From assembly GCF_009914755.1 (NCBI RefSeq), contig NC_060946.1: 64,000 nt of DNA. The stretch is one strand, 5' to 3'. The position numbers and the translations under genes were made by a program. Of the stretch, positions 37,540 to 52,788 are shown in pieces; the stretch's first letter is position 1; every line of letters starts with the position of its first letter. Origin of the DNA: the human T2T-CHM13v2.0 reference genome, Homo sapiens. The notes beneath the pieces were generated by a model. It searched no databases. It had not been told where the DNA came from and worked only from the letters and a program-made list of their open reading frames with translations.

Positions 37540-39463
37540 TAGTTGCACATCATGTATCTCATAAGAAGTGAACATTCAGAATACGTAAAGTACTCCTACA
37601 GAGAGACTACCAGAAGCAGAGAGGAACAAACACATTTTCACACTAGGGCACCTCCTATCTCTCCCGGATTCCAATTAGGGCAGAGTAAGTGCTAGTTATC
37701 TGCCAACCCAGGATTAGGCCCTGTAGCTGCAGTGAAAATAATCACAGAAGAAAACTAAGAAATAAAAAATGGAGAAAGTGAGACATCAAACTAAAATTAC
37801 TAGAAACCCCCAGGAAGAAGGAAAAAGAAACCAAGAAAACAGAAAAACAATTAAACCAGTTAATTAAACCTTGGCATGACCAGAAGATCAGAGTTTCCTA
37901 AAGGAGTGGAAATTTATTGATTTGAAGAGGATTTATTGATTACTGATTTGAAGAGGAAGAAAAACCATGAATGGTCTGAAGCAAAAGCTTAGTGTCTGAA
38001 GAAGTCAGTAGGGTGAAAACAAGAGCTGGCCAGAATATCCACAGATGGTGACAAGTTGGCAAAGCCTTTACTAGACTACTCGTGAGGCTAACTAGAGGCC
38101 AAGGAGCCAACACTGCTCCTGTCCTTACAGAGAGACCCTACACAGGATTCCTAGATATACATGGAAGGACAACATCTTATCAGGTCCTCTCTGTGCAGAT
38201 GTGGTTATCATTCCAAATAATGAGCTCCAGCCCCAAGACTGTTCCATCCTCAATTGCTTTGAGTGGGCAATGTAGGCTTTCCACACACGAGCTACATGTA
38301 GGTTCCTTGGGTACCCAGATGGGAGCCATGAAACACAAACCCTCCATGGTCAGGTCTGTATTTGTTTCCTGCCTTTTTCCCAGCAATCCCCAGGCCCCAG
38401 CAGTGGTGGTCTACCTCTGCTGATTCTCATTCAGAATCTAAACTTAGAAACAATTATAACCTAGACCCCAATTCTACCTGAAAGTAACAGAATAACATAA
38501 TCTATACCCTGCAGCATGACTGTTTGCCCAACGTAATGAGGATGAACTGAGAGATAATGAACCATCATGACCCTGGCCCAAGTAATGAGAATGAACTGTG
38601 AGATAAATGAATGATCATGACAAAAACCCCGCTACAACCCAACAACAAAATAAAATGATTAAAAAATGGACAAAGAACATTTATCCAAAGATGCAAAGAT
38701 GATATACAAATAGCCAACAGATACATGAGATATATGAGAAGATGTGTAACATCACTAGTCATTAGAGAAATGCAAAAAGAAACCACAATGGGACATCAGT
38801 TCAAACCCAACAGAAAGTAACAAGCGCAGGTGAAACTGAAACCCTTGAACACTGTTGGTGAAAATATGAACTGGCTCCTCAAAAAAAATAAAATAAAATG
38901 ACCATATGATCCAGCCATCCAACTACTACAGAGACAGAATAACTAGTAGCAGGACCTCAAACAGATATGTGCACACCTAAGTTCACAGCAGCATTACACA
39001 GCCACGAGGTGGAAGAAACCAAAACGTCCGTCCAGAAATAGGTGGATAAACAAAAGCATATATATACATGATATATATTATATATATATTATATATGTAA
39101 CATATATATAATATATATATGAAGAAATATGATTCATCCATAGAAAGGAAGAAGATCGTGACACATCTGACATAACATGGAACCTACTTACAAAACAACA
39201 AATATTATATAACCCTAGGTATATAAGCCAAATTTTTAGAAACACAAAGTAGAATAGTACTTGCCAGGAGGTGGAAGGAGGGGGAAATTAATAGTTGTTG
39301 AATGGGTATAGAGTTTTCCAAGATAAAAAAAGATCTAGAAATCTGCTACACAACACCGTAAATATTCTTAACTCTACAAAACTGTATACTTACAACTGGT
39401 TACGATGGTAAATTTTAAGGTATGTGTTTGTTACCAAAATTCTAAATAATAAATTATTTATAA

Positions 39464-39763
<300 letters not shown>

Positions 39764-39779
39764 TATAAAAAATTATTTC

Positions 39780-40980
39780 AAAAAGCCAAAATATTAATCA
39801 AACTGGAATATTTAGAAATATTTAACCCAAAAGAAGTTAGGAAAGAATATATAGAAGATCAAAACACAGACGAAGGCCAGACATGGTGGCTCATGCCTGT
39901 AATCCGAACACTTTGGGAGGCCAAGGTGGGTAGATTGCTTGAGCTCAGGAGTTCAAGACCAGCCTGTGCAACATGGCAAAACCCTATCTCTACAAAAAAT
40001 ATAAAAATTAGCCAGGTGTGTTTCCATGCGCCTGTAGTCCCAGCTACTCAGTGGGCTCCAGTGAGGATTGGTTGGGCCTGGGAGGCAGAGGTTGCAGTGA
40101 GCCAACATTGCACCACTGCACTACAGTCTCGGTGACAGAGCAAGACCCTGTCTTAAAAAAAAAAAAAAAAAAATAGAAAATAAGTAGAAAAATGGCAGAC
40201 CTAAATCCAACCTTAGCAATGATTAGTTACAATGTAACTGGACAAATACTCTACTTAAGACAGAGACTGCCAGACCTGAGAGGAAAGCAAGACCCAACAA
40301 TATGGCATCCACAGAGACACAATTTAAATACAAAGACACAAAGTATGAGAAAAAATATGCTATGCAGACACTAATCATAAAAATATGCTATCCAGACACT
40401 AATCATAAAAAGCTTCAACGGAGATGTTAACACTAGATGAAAGAGGCTCCAGAACAAAATATATCACCAGAAATAAACAAGGTAATTTCATAAAAATAAA
40501 AGAATCAGAGGGGATGATGTTACAATTATAAATTGTGCCTCAAAGTGCACACAAAGTACTCACACACACAGAACCTCAAATTATGTGAATCAAAAACAAC
40601 AGAACAAAAGCAGGAAATTGACAATCCAAAATTATAGCTGGTGAATTAATACTGCTCTCTCAGTAACTGACGGAAAAACCAGATAAAAATATAGGAAAAA
40701 TACAGATCTAAATGACAAAATCCTGACCCAAATGGTACTTGGCAGTACCAAGATAGACTGTATGTCGATCAATTGAGAAAATGTTCAAGCATGACATAGT
40801 ATACAAAGTATGTTGTCTGAACACCTGAAATTAAATTAGAAACCAACAACAAATTGATATCCAGAAAAGCCTCAAATGTCTGAAAACCAAGTAATAAACT
40901 TTGAAATACCCAGTGAGTCAAAAAAGTATTCACAAGGGGAACTGGAATGTATTTGGAACAAACTTGTTATAAAAATCATA
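39780..40980 (+). mobile_element. Ancient L1M ORF2 5' fragment (interrupted by Alu)
   Basis: aatggcagacctaaatccaacc, caagacccaacaatatg, gaaattaaattagaaaccaacaac. Confidence 0.7.
39874..40172 (+). mobile_element. Alu (J-like)
   Basis: Alu dimer with A tail. Confidence 0.92.
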
Positions 40981-40984
40981 TTTC

Positions 40985-43095
40985 TGGTAGACTAAAGGTG
41001 ACAACTTCTTTCCTGCTCCTCTCTCTGTGAGAACCAATTCCCCTTAAACCTTGCCCAGACTACTAACTTGCTTGGTCAACAGAAGGTGACAAAGGTGGTA
41101 TTTGGGGACTCAGAAGCCAGGCTGAGAAAACAGAACACTTATCCAGGAGAAAGCCAGTCACCAGGCAGGAAATCCCACTCCCCTGAGACCCCATGATGGA
41201 AACCACATGGCCAGTCCATGACTAGCTACACGCATTGACATCCCCCACTGACCCTCCAGCAACACCGACTCCCAACAACTAGTGAGCCTTCAGCATCATC
41301 CACTCCCAACCACTAGTGAGCCACCCTGCACACCACCCCACTGTGCTTTCACACAATCCAGCTTGGCTGCAAGTGTGTGTGAGATGAGCTGGCCACCAAG
41401 ACTCTCTAAGCCAAAAAACAAGTAATAATGAGTTGTTTTAAGCTGCCAAGTTTTGGGGATGGTTTCTTCAGAATAGATAACTGGAACAGAATATGGTAGC
41501 TGGAAATGAGCCGCTGTGGTAATCAGAAGCTACAATATGTGCCACGACTGTGAGGCTGACCTGTAACTGGGCCTCAAGGAGACCATTCATGCAACCTGGA
41601 AAGGCATCAAGACTCTTGGTCAGGGCCTGAAGAACGGTGAGAAAATGTCATTGGAAACTGGGGAAAAGGCCTGAGAGTTATGTGCTGAGGGACTGTGAGA
41701 AAACTACGGCCACAACATGGAAACTGAAAGGGCACTGCACCATCTCAGGGATCTGCCTAAGGAGACATCTGGGAAGAACATGGAAAGTGCTACCAGCCTA
41801 CCCTAACTGTCATTGAATAAATATGACAGGAGAGGGACATGATCTAAAGAAGGAAGTTCACTTTTCAAACAAAATTTAGAGAAAATATAAAGAAATAATT
41901 TCTTGTCTCAAAAGGCCAAAGAAAAAAAAAAGAAAAGGAAAAAAAATTAAAAAGAAGCCATTGAATACCCTATTGACCATAAGAAAAAGGCAGAGAAAGT
42001 TGGTCAACGGCAACCCAGGCACTGAAGGAAAAAGAACATGGAGAATGACAAAAGCCCAGAGGGAGGAGTAAAAGGACACAAACGCCGTTCTCAGGGACCC
42101 GGACTGGGCACTAATCACAGAACTGTAACAGGCGCCCCATGGGAATGACCAGCTGTTAGATGGGGCCTGCAGGGCAGCACCTCCCTCCTGCCTCCCACCA
42201 ACAGCTTCTAAAGGGAAATGCCGACTGTTTTCACACCAGTCCCCTCACTGCGGCTGAGTGTGTGGGCACAGATGATAGGTCACAACAACCTGATTCAGTC
42301 CTTACTGTGGCTGAGTGCGTCAGGGGCAGATGACAGGCCACCACAACCTGATTCAGTCCTCACTGTGGCTGTGTGTGGGGGGGCAGATGACATGCCACCA
42401 CAATTTGATTCAGTCCTCACTGCAGCTGAGTGTGTGTGGGTGCAGGTGACAGGCCACCACAACCTGATTCAGGATTCAGTTGGGCTACCAGCCAGTGCCA
42501 TAAGGAAAACCATTCTGGGACTCTTGAGAGGGGCAAAGCATAATTTGCATGTGGGAGAAACGTTAATAGTTTGTGGCCAGAGGACAAACTGTGGTTTATT
42601 AAAGACTGCTGCAGGTTCCTACTATGCTTCTCATCAAGAGGTGGAATCTAATCACCTTCCCCCCTTGAATCATGTCTGGTCTCAGTGATGAGTATGACTG
42701 GACAGTGTGGCAGGATAGATGCTCTGGGACTTCTGAGGGATGATCATGAGAGACCTTACAGCTTCTGCCTGGGCCTCTTGGACACACACCCTGGGAGAAG
42801 CCAGACAAACCTGACTACCTGACACTGCCAGACTGGGAGGAAGTCCGTGCTGGCCACAAAGAGAGGGCTCGGTGCCTGCTCCATGTCCCCAGCCACTAGA
42901 GTCCTTCTGGGTGCCTGCTTCACGTCCCCAGCCACTAGAGTCCTCCCAGATGAGACCAGGGACATCTTGAAGCAGCCAACCCACACTGCCCTGTCCAGTG
43001 TCTTGACCCAGAAAATTGTGACATGTAAAAAGAATAAATTCCTGGTTTAAGCCAGTAAGGTTACTGGTACATTGTTACATTGCAGATAATTAAAA
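40985..43095 (+). mobile_element. Old MLT1 (MaLR) LTR - internal remnant - LTR
   Basis: LTR 3' ends gttgttttaagctgccaagttttgggg...agataactggaaca (~41488) and aataaattcctggtttaagcc...agataattaaaac (~43095). Confidence 0.7.
42237..42472. repeat. ~58-bp tandem repeat x4
   Basis: cagtcctcactgtggctgagtgtgt..gggcagatgacaggccaccacaacctgatt at 42237, 42296, 42354, 42411. Confidence 0.9.
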
Positions 43096-43821
43096 CCTTG
43101 AAAAACTCATGAGCGATCCCAAGTAAAACCTTGATCTGAAACATGGCATGTGGCGATTTATATTGAGTATTAGGTTAAAAATGCAAGAATGGAGCATAGT
43201 TAATATTTTACGTTAAAGCTAAAACTGTAATTGCCCACTTAAAATTTTCAGTTAATTAGGTTGTCACTTTTTGTTCTTAACCAAGAAATCAACTAGTTTT
43301 AGTACATAAACAGTTGGAACTGATGCACACATCCGTTTTTCCTTACTCATTTTAAGCAGCTATCTGAAATAGGAAGCGTAATATAATCTTTAAAGAATCT
43401 GAAAATATGACAGAAATGTTTAAACTATAAACATATATTGTAAATGTTAGCATATTATATACATTGCATATTAACATAAGCTAAAATCATTGATATAAAT
43501 TTATATAAACAAAAGGTAGAAAATATGACAATGTTCTTCTTGTTTTTTGTCTTTGCATATTTCTTTATTGGCCCTTGTCAAATGTGACCCATTAACTCCT
43601 GAATGCTTTCTCTCTCCCCATGGATTCCTAAGGATGTCACCACAGTGCTGGCCAGATGCACAGGTCACAGGTGACTGAACCTCATCACCCCACAAACACA
43701 CCCTTCAGGTTTTGCCAAGAATGACACTGTAAATATAACAAAGCTTCTGTGCTTGTTAGTGAACACCAACTCAGCTTCTCTCCTGTATTCGGAAATCAGG
43801 ATGAGATGAAAACAACAAGCA

Positions 43822-44125
43822 GACCAGGCACGGTGGCTCACGTCTGTAATCCCAGCACTTTGGGAGGCTGAGGCGGGCGGATCACCTGAGGTCGGGAGTT
43901 CGAGACCACCCTGATCAAAACAGAGAAACCCCATCTCTACTAAAAATACAAAATTAGCCGGGCATGGTGGCACATGCCTGTAATACCAGCTACTCAGGAG
44001 CTGAGGCAGGAGAATTGCTTGAACCCAGGAGGTGGAGGCTGCAGTGAGCTGAGATCACACCACTGCGCTCTAGCCTGGGCAACAAGAGCGAAACTCTGTC
44101 TCAAAAGAAAAAAAATAAAAATAAA
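43822..44125 (+). mobile_element. Alu (Sp-like)
   Basis: gaggtcgggagttcgagacc; gcaacaagagcgaaactc. Confidence 0.93.
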
Positions 44126-45003
44126 AGAACAAGGAAACAAAAGTAACAAGGCTTGACACCAGATGAGCCTGAATCTAAGCAAGAAAAGCCCAGAAGAAAT
44201 CCCATTTTGGGTCACTGGCTGCATGGTAGTAATGCCATACACATAAGGGAAGAGAAGAGGATGTGGCTTTCACTTCGAATTTTTTGAGCTTAAGGTAAAT
44301 TTGGATAGCTACAAAGAAGCATTCAACAGAGAGTTAAACCTATGATGGAAAGACTGAAGAGGTCCAAGCTGTAGAGGAACAGGACTGCAAACCACAAAGG
44401 GCTGAATCAGTCAAGGAGAACTGCAGGGCAAGATGAACAGGGACCAATGGAACATTTGGATAAGCTGTTGAGAAGAAAGGAGAATTCAGAGAAAAAGAAT
44501 TGTCAGTGAGGTCATAATAGGAACTGTTACAGTGAACTAAATATGGCCTGGGAAGGACTCTGTACTTCTAGATTTGAGTCCCTGTGGACAAACTGCAACC
44601 TAACTTAATAGGTAGAAAGACTGAAAACCTAACTTAGGAGTATGTGCCTAAAACAGTAGCTGAGTCGTGGCCAATCCCAACAGCCAAACTTCTGCCACTC
44701 ACACACTGCTGAGTGTTCAGCTGTGTTCAAATAAGGCAAATGCTGAGCACTGTAACCAGTCCAGTTGTTTCTGGACCTCACTGCTGAGAACTGTAATGGA
44801 CCCAGTTGCTTCTAGACCTCACTCCTCACTTCAGATTTTTGTACATCATGTTCCCTTTATTGTCTATAAATCTTCCACCATGTGTCTGTGCTGGAGTCTC
44901 ACTGAATCTGCTGTGATTCTGGGGGCTGCCTGATTCGTGAATCATTCATTGCTCAATTAAGTTCCTTTAAATTTAATTCAGCTGAAGATTTTCTTTTAAT
45001 AGA

Positions 45004-45021
45004 TGGTGTCAGAAATGGGAT
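45004..45021 (+). other. Retroviral primer-binding site, tRNA-Leu type
   Basis: tggtgtcagaaatgggat 2 nt after the 5' LTR; 17/18 match to TGGTGTCAGAAGTGGGAT, the complement of the tRNA-Leu 3' end. Confidence 0.8.
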
Positions 45022-45140
45022 CTGTGGGAGCAGGACTGCTAGGGCCTCTGGAGCTATACTGTAGTGAACAGTGTTGCTAAGGCTTCTAATGACCCCCAGA
45101 GTGCTGAGGTACAAGGAAGGAACCTGAAAGGACCCGTTTG

Positions 45141-46395
45141 TGATGGCAGCAGTGGCCCACGTGGAGCAGTTGCTATGGAGACACTGGCTGCAGTGGGGAG
45201 GAGTGGCTGGGGCTGTGCACTCCTCAAAGCTGGTGGGAGCCAGGAATGGGTGGGAGACCTGTCCCTTCTAAATTATCAGGCAGGAGCCCCGCCCTCCCAG
45301 GCACAGCTGCAGCCATCCAGCCATGACTGCAAACCCGGGCATCTCTGCACTCTCAGAGGCCCAGCAAGCCCCCCTGCCCCGCAGGCTCAGTTGTACCTGG
45401 TCCTGCCACCTGGCGTCTCTCTGCTTCCAGAGCCCACTCCAAATTCGGATCCAAGTTGAGGCCAAACCCGGGCACAGTCACAACCCGGCCCGGTTTGTGC
45501 AAGCTCAGGGCAGTGCTGACATGCCAGCCCCCTGCCACCTCGGCCCCCTCCAGACTTTGGGCACTGGCAAGCACAGGAGGGAGGGTGAGGTGGGGCTAAG
45601 AGTGGCTCAGCAGTGGCCAGAAGGCCCTCCTCAGCTCGAACGCCTGGGCACTATGGGCACAGCTACCCACCGTGCGTCTCCTCTCAGCTGCTGAGAGCTG
45701 AACAGATGTTGGGATGACCTGCCTGCAGAAAGGAGCTACCAACTGCAGGTCTCCTCTGAGCTGTACTGTGGCTCAATAAAGCACCTCTTCACCTTGCTCA
45801 CCTTCTACTTGTCCACATACCTCATTTTTCCTGGACTCAGGACAAGAACTCGGGACCTGCCAACTAGCAGGGCTGAAAGAGGTGTAACATAAACAGGGCT
45901 GAAACGCGCTCCTTGCTTGCCAAATTGCAGGCAAGAAGAAGAGAAGAGAGAAGGAGAGAAGAGCTGTGTCCCTTCAGGGAACACAGACCTAGGAGCTCCC
46001 CCAGCCAGGGCTGTGACACCTTCTTTGGGGCTCTGCAGGTCCTGCATCTCCAAGCTTCTGGGTGCCACTGCATTCCCTGATACCCACAGTGGAAGCTGTT
46101 TGCAGTTGGCCTGGTCCAGCTGCAGCCTCACAGGGAGCTGGCATCTGTGCCTGGAGCTGCCCACCCCACTGCAGCTGGCATGCTTGGCTGTGTGCAGTGG
46201 CCAGATCCCATGCTCGCTTGCTCACACACCCCTCACTGCTCTGTACCCAGCTCGCCCTTGGCAGGTGTGGGATCCAGACCACTAGCATGAGCTGAGTGGA
46301 CAGAACTAACCCAGTGGGCCCAAGCAAAACACAGGTAAAGGCTCCACAAGCCAGAGGTTTCAGGCAGAAAAGTGACACCTCAGGATTCTGTAACA
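45141..46395 (+). mobile_element. MER52-like solo LTR nested in the provirus
   Basis: TG...CA termini (tgatggcagc ... aaagtgacacctcaggattctgtaaca), aataaa at ~45775, near-TSD tttg/cttg. Confidence 0.8.
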
Positions 46396-47338
46396 CTTGT
46401 GTCCTTTGATCTCTCGGAGCAGCTGGGATCATGGTAAATTTTCTCTCGGATTTCAGAGCTCCATGGATTTGTGTTTTGAGCTTTGAGTTTCTTTGAGCAA
46501 ATTTCTGTTCCAAACTGCTATCCAGCCATGACTGGCTGGATGTTTTAGAAGTTATGACAGAAAAGGGACCGGGTCCAGGATCAGATTTGATCCAGTAGTT
46601 AACTGGCTTGAATCCAGTTCCAGTTAGAGGCCTCCTACATCTGACTGGGTCAGAAGGAAAGTGGTAGTAAATGATAATATTGGAAGGTTGTAACATATGG
46701 CTTTTGAAAATTCACAGGGATTTTTGTGTTCTACCCCTTTGTTTCATTTTTCTCGCACGCTTAGGCAGGAAAAAAAAATCATTGGCTAAGTTAATGAAGG
46801 GAACCTGGGAGTAAAGCCAATATTTTTGGTAAAAATAGGATCCTTAATTTCTGGAAAACTAAGCTCCTTCTGGCTAATACATTAGGCCTGGGAAGCAGCA
46901 AAGTCTTACAGAAATGGCAAAATCTTATTAAGATAACTTACAGTGGAACATTCCAAATGAATAATGCCCTGAAGCGCATTTAAAAATGAGGGCTCCCAAA
47001 TTAGTCTCATCTAGGGATGCCTATTAATATGCCGAAGCTTCTAAAAAGATTTAGAGATGGCACGGCCCATCTGGGAGCAAGTTTGAGTCTTACCAGTTTG
47101 ATACTGGGTGCTGAGCAAAGTGGCACGTGTCTATGTTTTGTCACATGTATTTTGCTCCGGGCAGAATGAAAAATGTTAATTTGGTTACTCCAAGCAACCC
47201 CTTGGGCTGCATCTTGCAAAGCTGAGTGGATTCTTCCTGTGATTCCATGATTTTCCATTGTGATGCAGCTTGGCCCCCAGAGCTATAATGTGGTGAGGAG
47301 GGTGACAGAGCAAGACGCAATCTTTAAAAAAAAAAAAT

Positions 47339-47640
47339 GGCCAGGTGCAGTGGCTCGTGCCTGTAATCCCAACACTTGGGGAGGCTGAGGCAGGTGGATC
47401 ACATGAGGTAAGGAGTTCAGGGCCAGCCTGACCAACAAGGAAAAACCCCGTCTCTACTAAAAACACAAAATTAGCTGGGCATGGTGGCGCATGCCTCTAA
47501 TCCCAGCTACTCAGGAGGCTGGGGCAGGAGAATCGCTTGAACCCGGGAGGCAGGGGGTTTCAGTGAACCAAGATCACACCATTGCACTCCAGCCTGGGCA
47601 ACAAGAGGGAAAATCCATCTCAAAAAAAAAAAAAAAAAGA
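47339..47640 (+). mobile_element. Alu (preceded by a short Alu 3' fragment at ~47300-47337)
   Basis: Alu dimer with A tail. Confidence 0.92.
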
Positions 47641-48101
47641 AAGAATAATAGGTTTGTCTATAAGGTTTTATGAAAAAGTGGGTGACATTTGGCTTTCTCT
47701 CATTAAAGAAGATGTTCAGGTAATATTAAAAAATAATGAAAAATTTGTTTGCCTTTTAAATAAACTACCAAAAAAAAAAAAAGGAAAAACAAGAGGCAGA
47801 TCGTTTGTGAAGATAAGTCTTCCCTCTATCAATGAGTAAAGATTTTTGCCCTTTAAAACTTTTTTAAGTCATGATTTTAAGTAAATGAATGACTTACAGT
47901 GACCTGGAATTCTATTTCATAACATCAAGTGTTTAAACTTTTAATATATTTAATAGGCTTCCCAAAATCAAATTTCAACTTCAAAATTGTCTTTTCTGAC
48001 CTCTAACTTTGGGATACTACAGAGGCCCTTGAAGCACCCAAAAGAGAGGTAAACAGGACTATTTAACATGTTAAGTCACATGGGTAGCACTGTCAAAATA
48101 A

Positions 48102-48478
<377 letters not shown>

Positions 48479-48527
48479 AGGATTCTAAAATTCTAATATG
48501 CCTATATGCTATCTATCATAATTACCT

Positions 48528-48822
<295 letters not shown>

Positions 48823-49120
48823 CTAATTATGGTTATTAAGTTATTGTAGACCACAGAAATAACCAAATTTCCTTATCAATTGTCTTTAACTATAACTATT
48901 TAAAGTCATTTCCACAGTTAATTGCTTAATGGTGATGCAGTTTCTAAAAGCTTCACAAGCATGCAAAATTCTAGAATAGAAGATTCATGAAAGAATGAAA
49001 AGGACCATGAAAAACACTCGGGAACACAGGTTTCTAATAACTTTAATATCATGGGTAAAAATTCCCCATAAGTTCCCCGATACCCCAATAATTGGACTGG
49101 TTAAGAATTCTCAAAAGTTA

Positions 49121-49426
<306 letters not shown>

Positions 49427-50720
49427 TTAATAAGAAGACCAACTGGTTTATAAAACTGCTAACCCAAGTAAAACAAAAATTGAATGTCAAGGAAATATTT
49501 TGCCAGATTTGCATGCTAAATCACCAATATTGAAATTGTTTAGATATATAATTTAAATAAACTCCATGGTCTAAGCCAAATTACCTATAACTCATCAGTT
49601 ACCAGTGCCATGCACCTAATTTGAAGAAACAGCTGGTATTCAAGAGGATGTAAGTCTAATGTTAATTAAGCACAGACTTATGAAGAACCAGGATGGCCAC
49701 CTTTCCGTCTTAAGTCCTTAAAACTTTTGTTATTAAAAGTTCTGCATTCCATAACTCATCATGGAAAGAGAAAATGATCCAAATTAAATATATTGCTGTG
49801 GTGATCTCTAAATTGCTAAAATAGTTTATAATCAATGTTTGGTTTGTCGAACCTATATTCCTAGGAAAACAATCAAAACTTCAGGTGCATTTGGTTACCT
49901 GATGGGCCATTTAAACATTTTATAAAGGGATTTCATTCAGTTGTCATTTTCAGTGCATGTTTTCTGATTGTAAAAAAGCTCTTCCATGCAAGAGGGTTGA
50001 TGTTAAAACAGTAGATTATTATGCTGAAGTGTATTTTCACCAGCTAAAGAAAGCCTTTTATGGTTCACAGAGGACAGCCAACCCCTTCACAATCTAGAAT
50101 CTGATGACTGGATCTTCTGAGAACATCAGAGGACTGCCCTTGCCATCCACATGACAGCAAAACTTTAAAACCTTAAACTTTGGGTTCATAGTCTTACAAC
50201 TCAGAAGGGTCCCTCCACACTCGGAACCATACACCCCTTGGAACCCTTAAGGTAAAGCTAACAAGGACAGTTCCCCCCCAGAAGAAGATGGCATCCTTAA
50301 TGTGAAAAGCTTTTCCCAAGATCACAGATCAAGACTTCTCTACTATCATGAGACTATTATCTTAAGTATCTGTGCAGCTGCTAACATGGCATATGGAGAA
50401 AACATCGGGTATTATAAAGATTTGGTTGTAGGGAATTAACAAAAAAACCCACTTAGTTAAGCAAGTAAACTCTTTATCTAATTCATTCTTTAATCTATTT
50501 GATTTTAGGTGGTTTGATTTATGGGGACCCGGAGTAAGGAGCATATACCAAATTCTTGGTGTTATCCCAATAGTCATAAGAGTCTCCCTGGTGCACTGTA
50601 CTTACTCAAATGTTTTAAGAGTTTGCATGCAGCCATCTCTAAAATGTCAAATGGTATCTCTTCAACTGGAATGACAACAGATTAAAAAAAATGTGCAACC
50701 ATAAGGACACCTTAACCTAT

Positions 50721-51000
50721 GAGTGACATGCTAAACCAGAAACCCAAAACAATGGGAGTGACATGCTAAACCAGAAACCCAAAACAATGGGACTGATGTA
50801 CTAAAACCGGAACCCAAAACAATGGGAGTGATGTACTAAAACCAGAACCCAAAACAATGGGAGTGACGTGCTAAACCAGAAACCCAAAACAATGGGAGTA
50901 ACATGCTAAAACCAGAACCCAAGACAATGGGAGTGACGTGCTAAAACCAATACCCAAAACAATGGGAGTGATGTGCTAAACCGGAAACCCAAAACAATGG
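50721..51000. repeat. 35-bp VNTR x8 within ERV internal region
   Basis: gagtgacatgctaaaccagaaacccaaaacaatgg repeated over 280 bp. Confidence 0.95.
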
Positions 51001-51075
51001 TAACTAAGAGTGAGGCTAAGGCCCTACATTTTGGTCACACTCTCAACTAAGTGAGAACTTGACTGAAAAGGAGGA

Positions 51076-51368
51076 TTTTTTTTTTCTGAGACAGAGTCTT
51101 GCTCTGTCCCCCAGAGTGGAGTGCAGTGGCATGATCTCGGCTCACTGCAAGCTCTGCCTCCTGGGTTCAGGCCATTCTCCTGCCTCAGCCTCCTGAGTAG
51201 CTGGGACTACAGGCACCCGCCAGCATTCTTGGCTATTTTTTTGTGTATTTAGTAGAGATGAGGTTTCGCCGTATTAGCAAGGATGGTCTCAATCTCCTGA
51301 TCTCGTGATCTGCCCACTTCGGCCTCCCAAAGTGCTGGGATTACAGGCATGAGCCACCCTGCCCAGCC
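51076..51368 (-). mobile_element. Alu (Y-like) inserted into a polypurine tract
   Basis: aaaaggagga(a)ttttt on both sides. Confidence 0.92.
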
Positions 51369-52182
51369 AAAAGGAGGAATTTTTTAAGCAAAATTATGGG
51401 AGGCCATTGTTTTGAACTAAGCTCATGCAATAGGTCCCAACAGAACAAACCAAACCAAAATGGAGTCACTCATGCTAAATGGAACATAATCAAACTAAGA
51501 CTTTAAGGAAACACATAAATCCTAGAACAAACTAGGTTTTGTTTTTCTCCTGTAAACAGGATGTTCCAGCATAAGAAGACACCTTCTACTCAAGTCCTTG
51601 TTCCACCTTTTCAAATCTCACTGTTCTATTTCCCAGTGGGTTTATAAACCAAATAAGTACATTTGCAAGGGTAATAGTGACACCAGTGACTGAAGTTTTG
51701 GCCAATCTCTCAAAATTGAGAAAATAACCAAAGAGAAGGCATTGTTAAAGTGAACTAAGTATGTCCTGAGAAGGACTCCATAATTATATATATGAGTCCT
51801 TGTGGATGACCTGCAACCTACCTTAATAGGTAAACAAGAATGAAAACCTAACTTGAGTGTATGCACCTCAAACAACAGCTACATCTTGGCCAATCCCAAT
51901 GGCCAAACTTCAACCACTCAGGCACTGCCAAATGTTCAAACTGTGCTCAAACAAGGCAAATGCTGAGTTGTTTCTGTACCTCACTTCCGATTTCGGTATG
52001 CCACTTCCCTTTTGTCTACAAATCTTCTTCCACCACATGACTGCGCTGGAGTCTCTGTGAATCTGCTGTGATTCTGGGGACTTTCCGATTCATGAATCGT
52101 TTATTGCTCAGTTAAACTCCTTTAAAGTTTTTCTTTTAACAGAACTAACACGGAAGAATTTCCAGATCATGAACAGATGTTT

Positions 52183-52788
52183 TGTAATACCCAACGTTGT
52201 ATTAACATGAATAGAATCTTCCTTAGATAGCTAACCTTGTTTTTAATATGAATAGACTCTCCCTTAGCTGAGAAAACCAGACAAACTCCATTTGGCTCCT
52301 TCATTTACAAGACATCAAGGGCTCCTTACCCACCCCCTTTCCTCAAGGACTTTAACTTGTGCAAGCTGATTTTCAACATATCAAAGAGTGCAATTAACTG
52401 ATAAAGTGCTGAGGCAAGTGATGTCCGCAGTTCCCAGCAAATTACTCAGAGATAATATCATAAAGCCCCCACATTTGTCTGGAAGATAATGCCCAGAGCT
52501 CCCTCACTCATCACTTTGTGGTGAATTTAAAGCCTCTGCACCTGGAACAGTTTGTTTTCCTGTAACCATCTGTCTTTTTAAGTTTTTTGTCTGTTTTTTC
52601 TTCTGTAAGTTTATTGCAGCTGGAATCCCCCCTCCCCTCTCTAAACCAATGTATAAAAGAAAATCTAGCCCATTCTTTAGGGCCGAGAGTATTTCCTGTG
52701 TTAGCCATCTCTCAGTCACCAGCTAATAAAGGACTCCTGAATTTGTCTCAAAGTGTGGCATTTCTCTCTAACTCGCTTGGGTACGACA
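52183..52788 (+). mobile_element. LTR10-like solo LTR (ERV1)
   Basis: tgtaatacccaac...aataaaggactcctgaatt..tctcaaagtgtggc..gtacgaca; 4-bp TSD GTTT. Confidence 0.82.

Noticed and set aside
45064-46696. 235-aa and neighbouring ORFs
   Set aside because: They lie in a GC-rich MER52-like LTR and show no gag/pol/env motifs.
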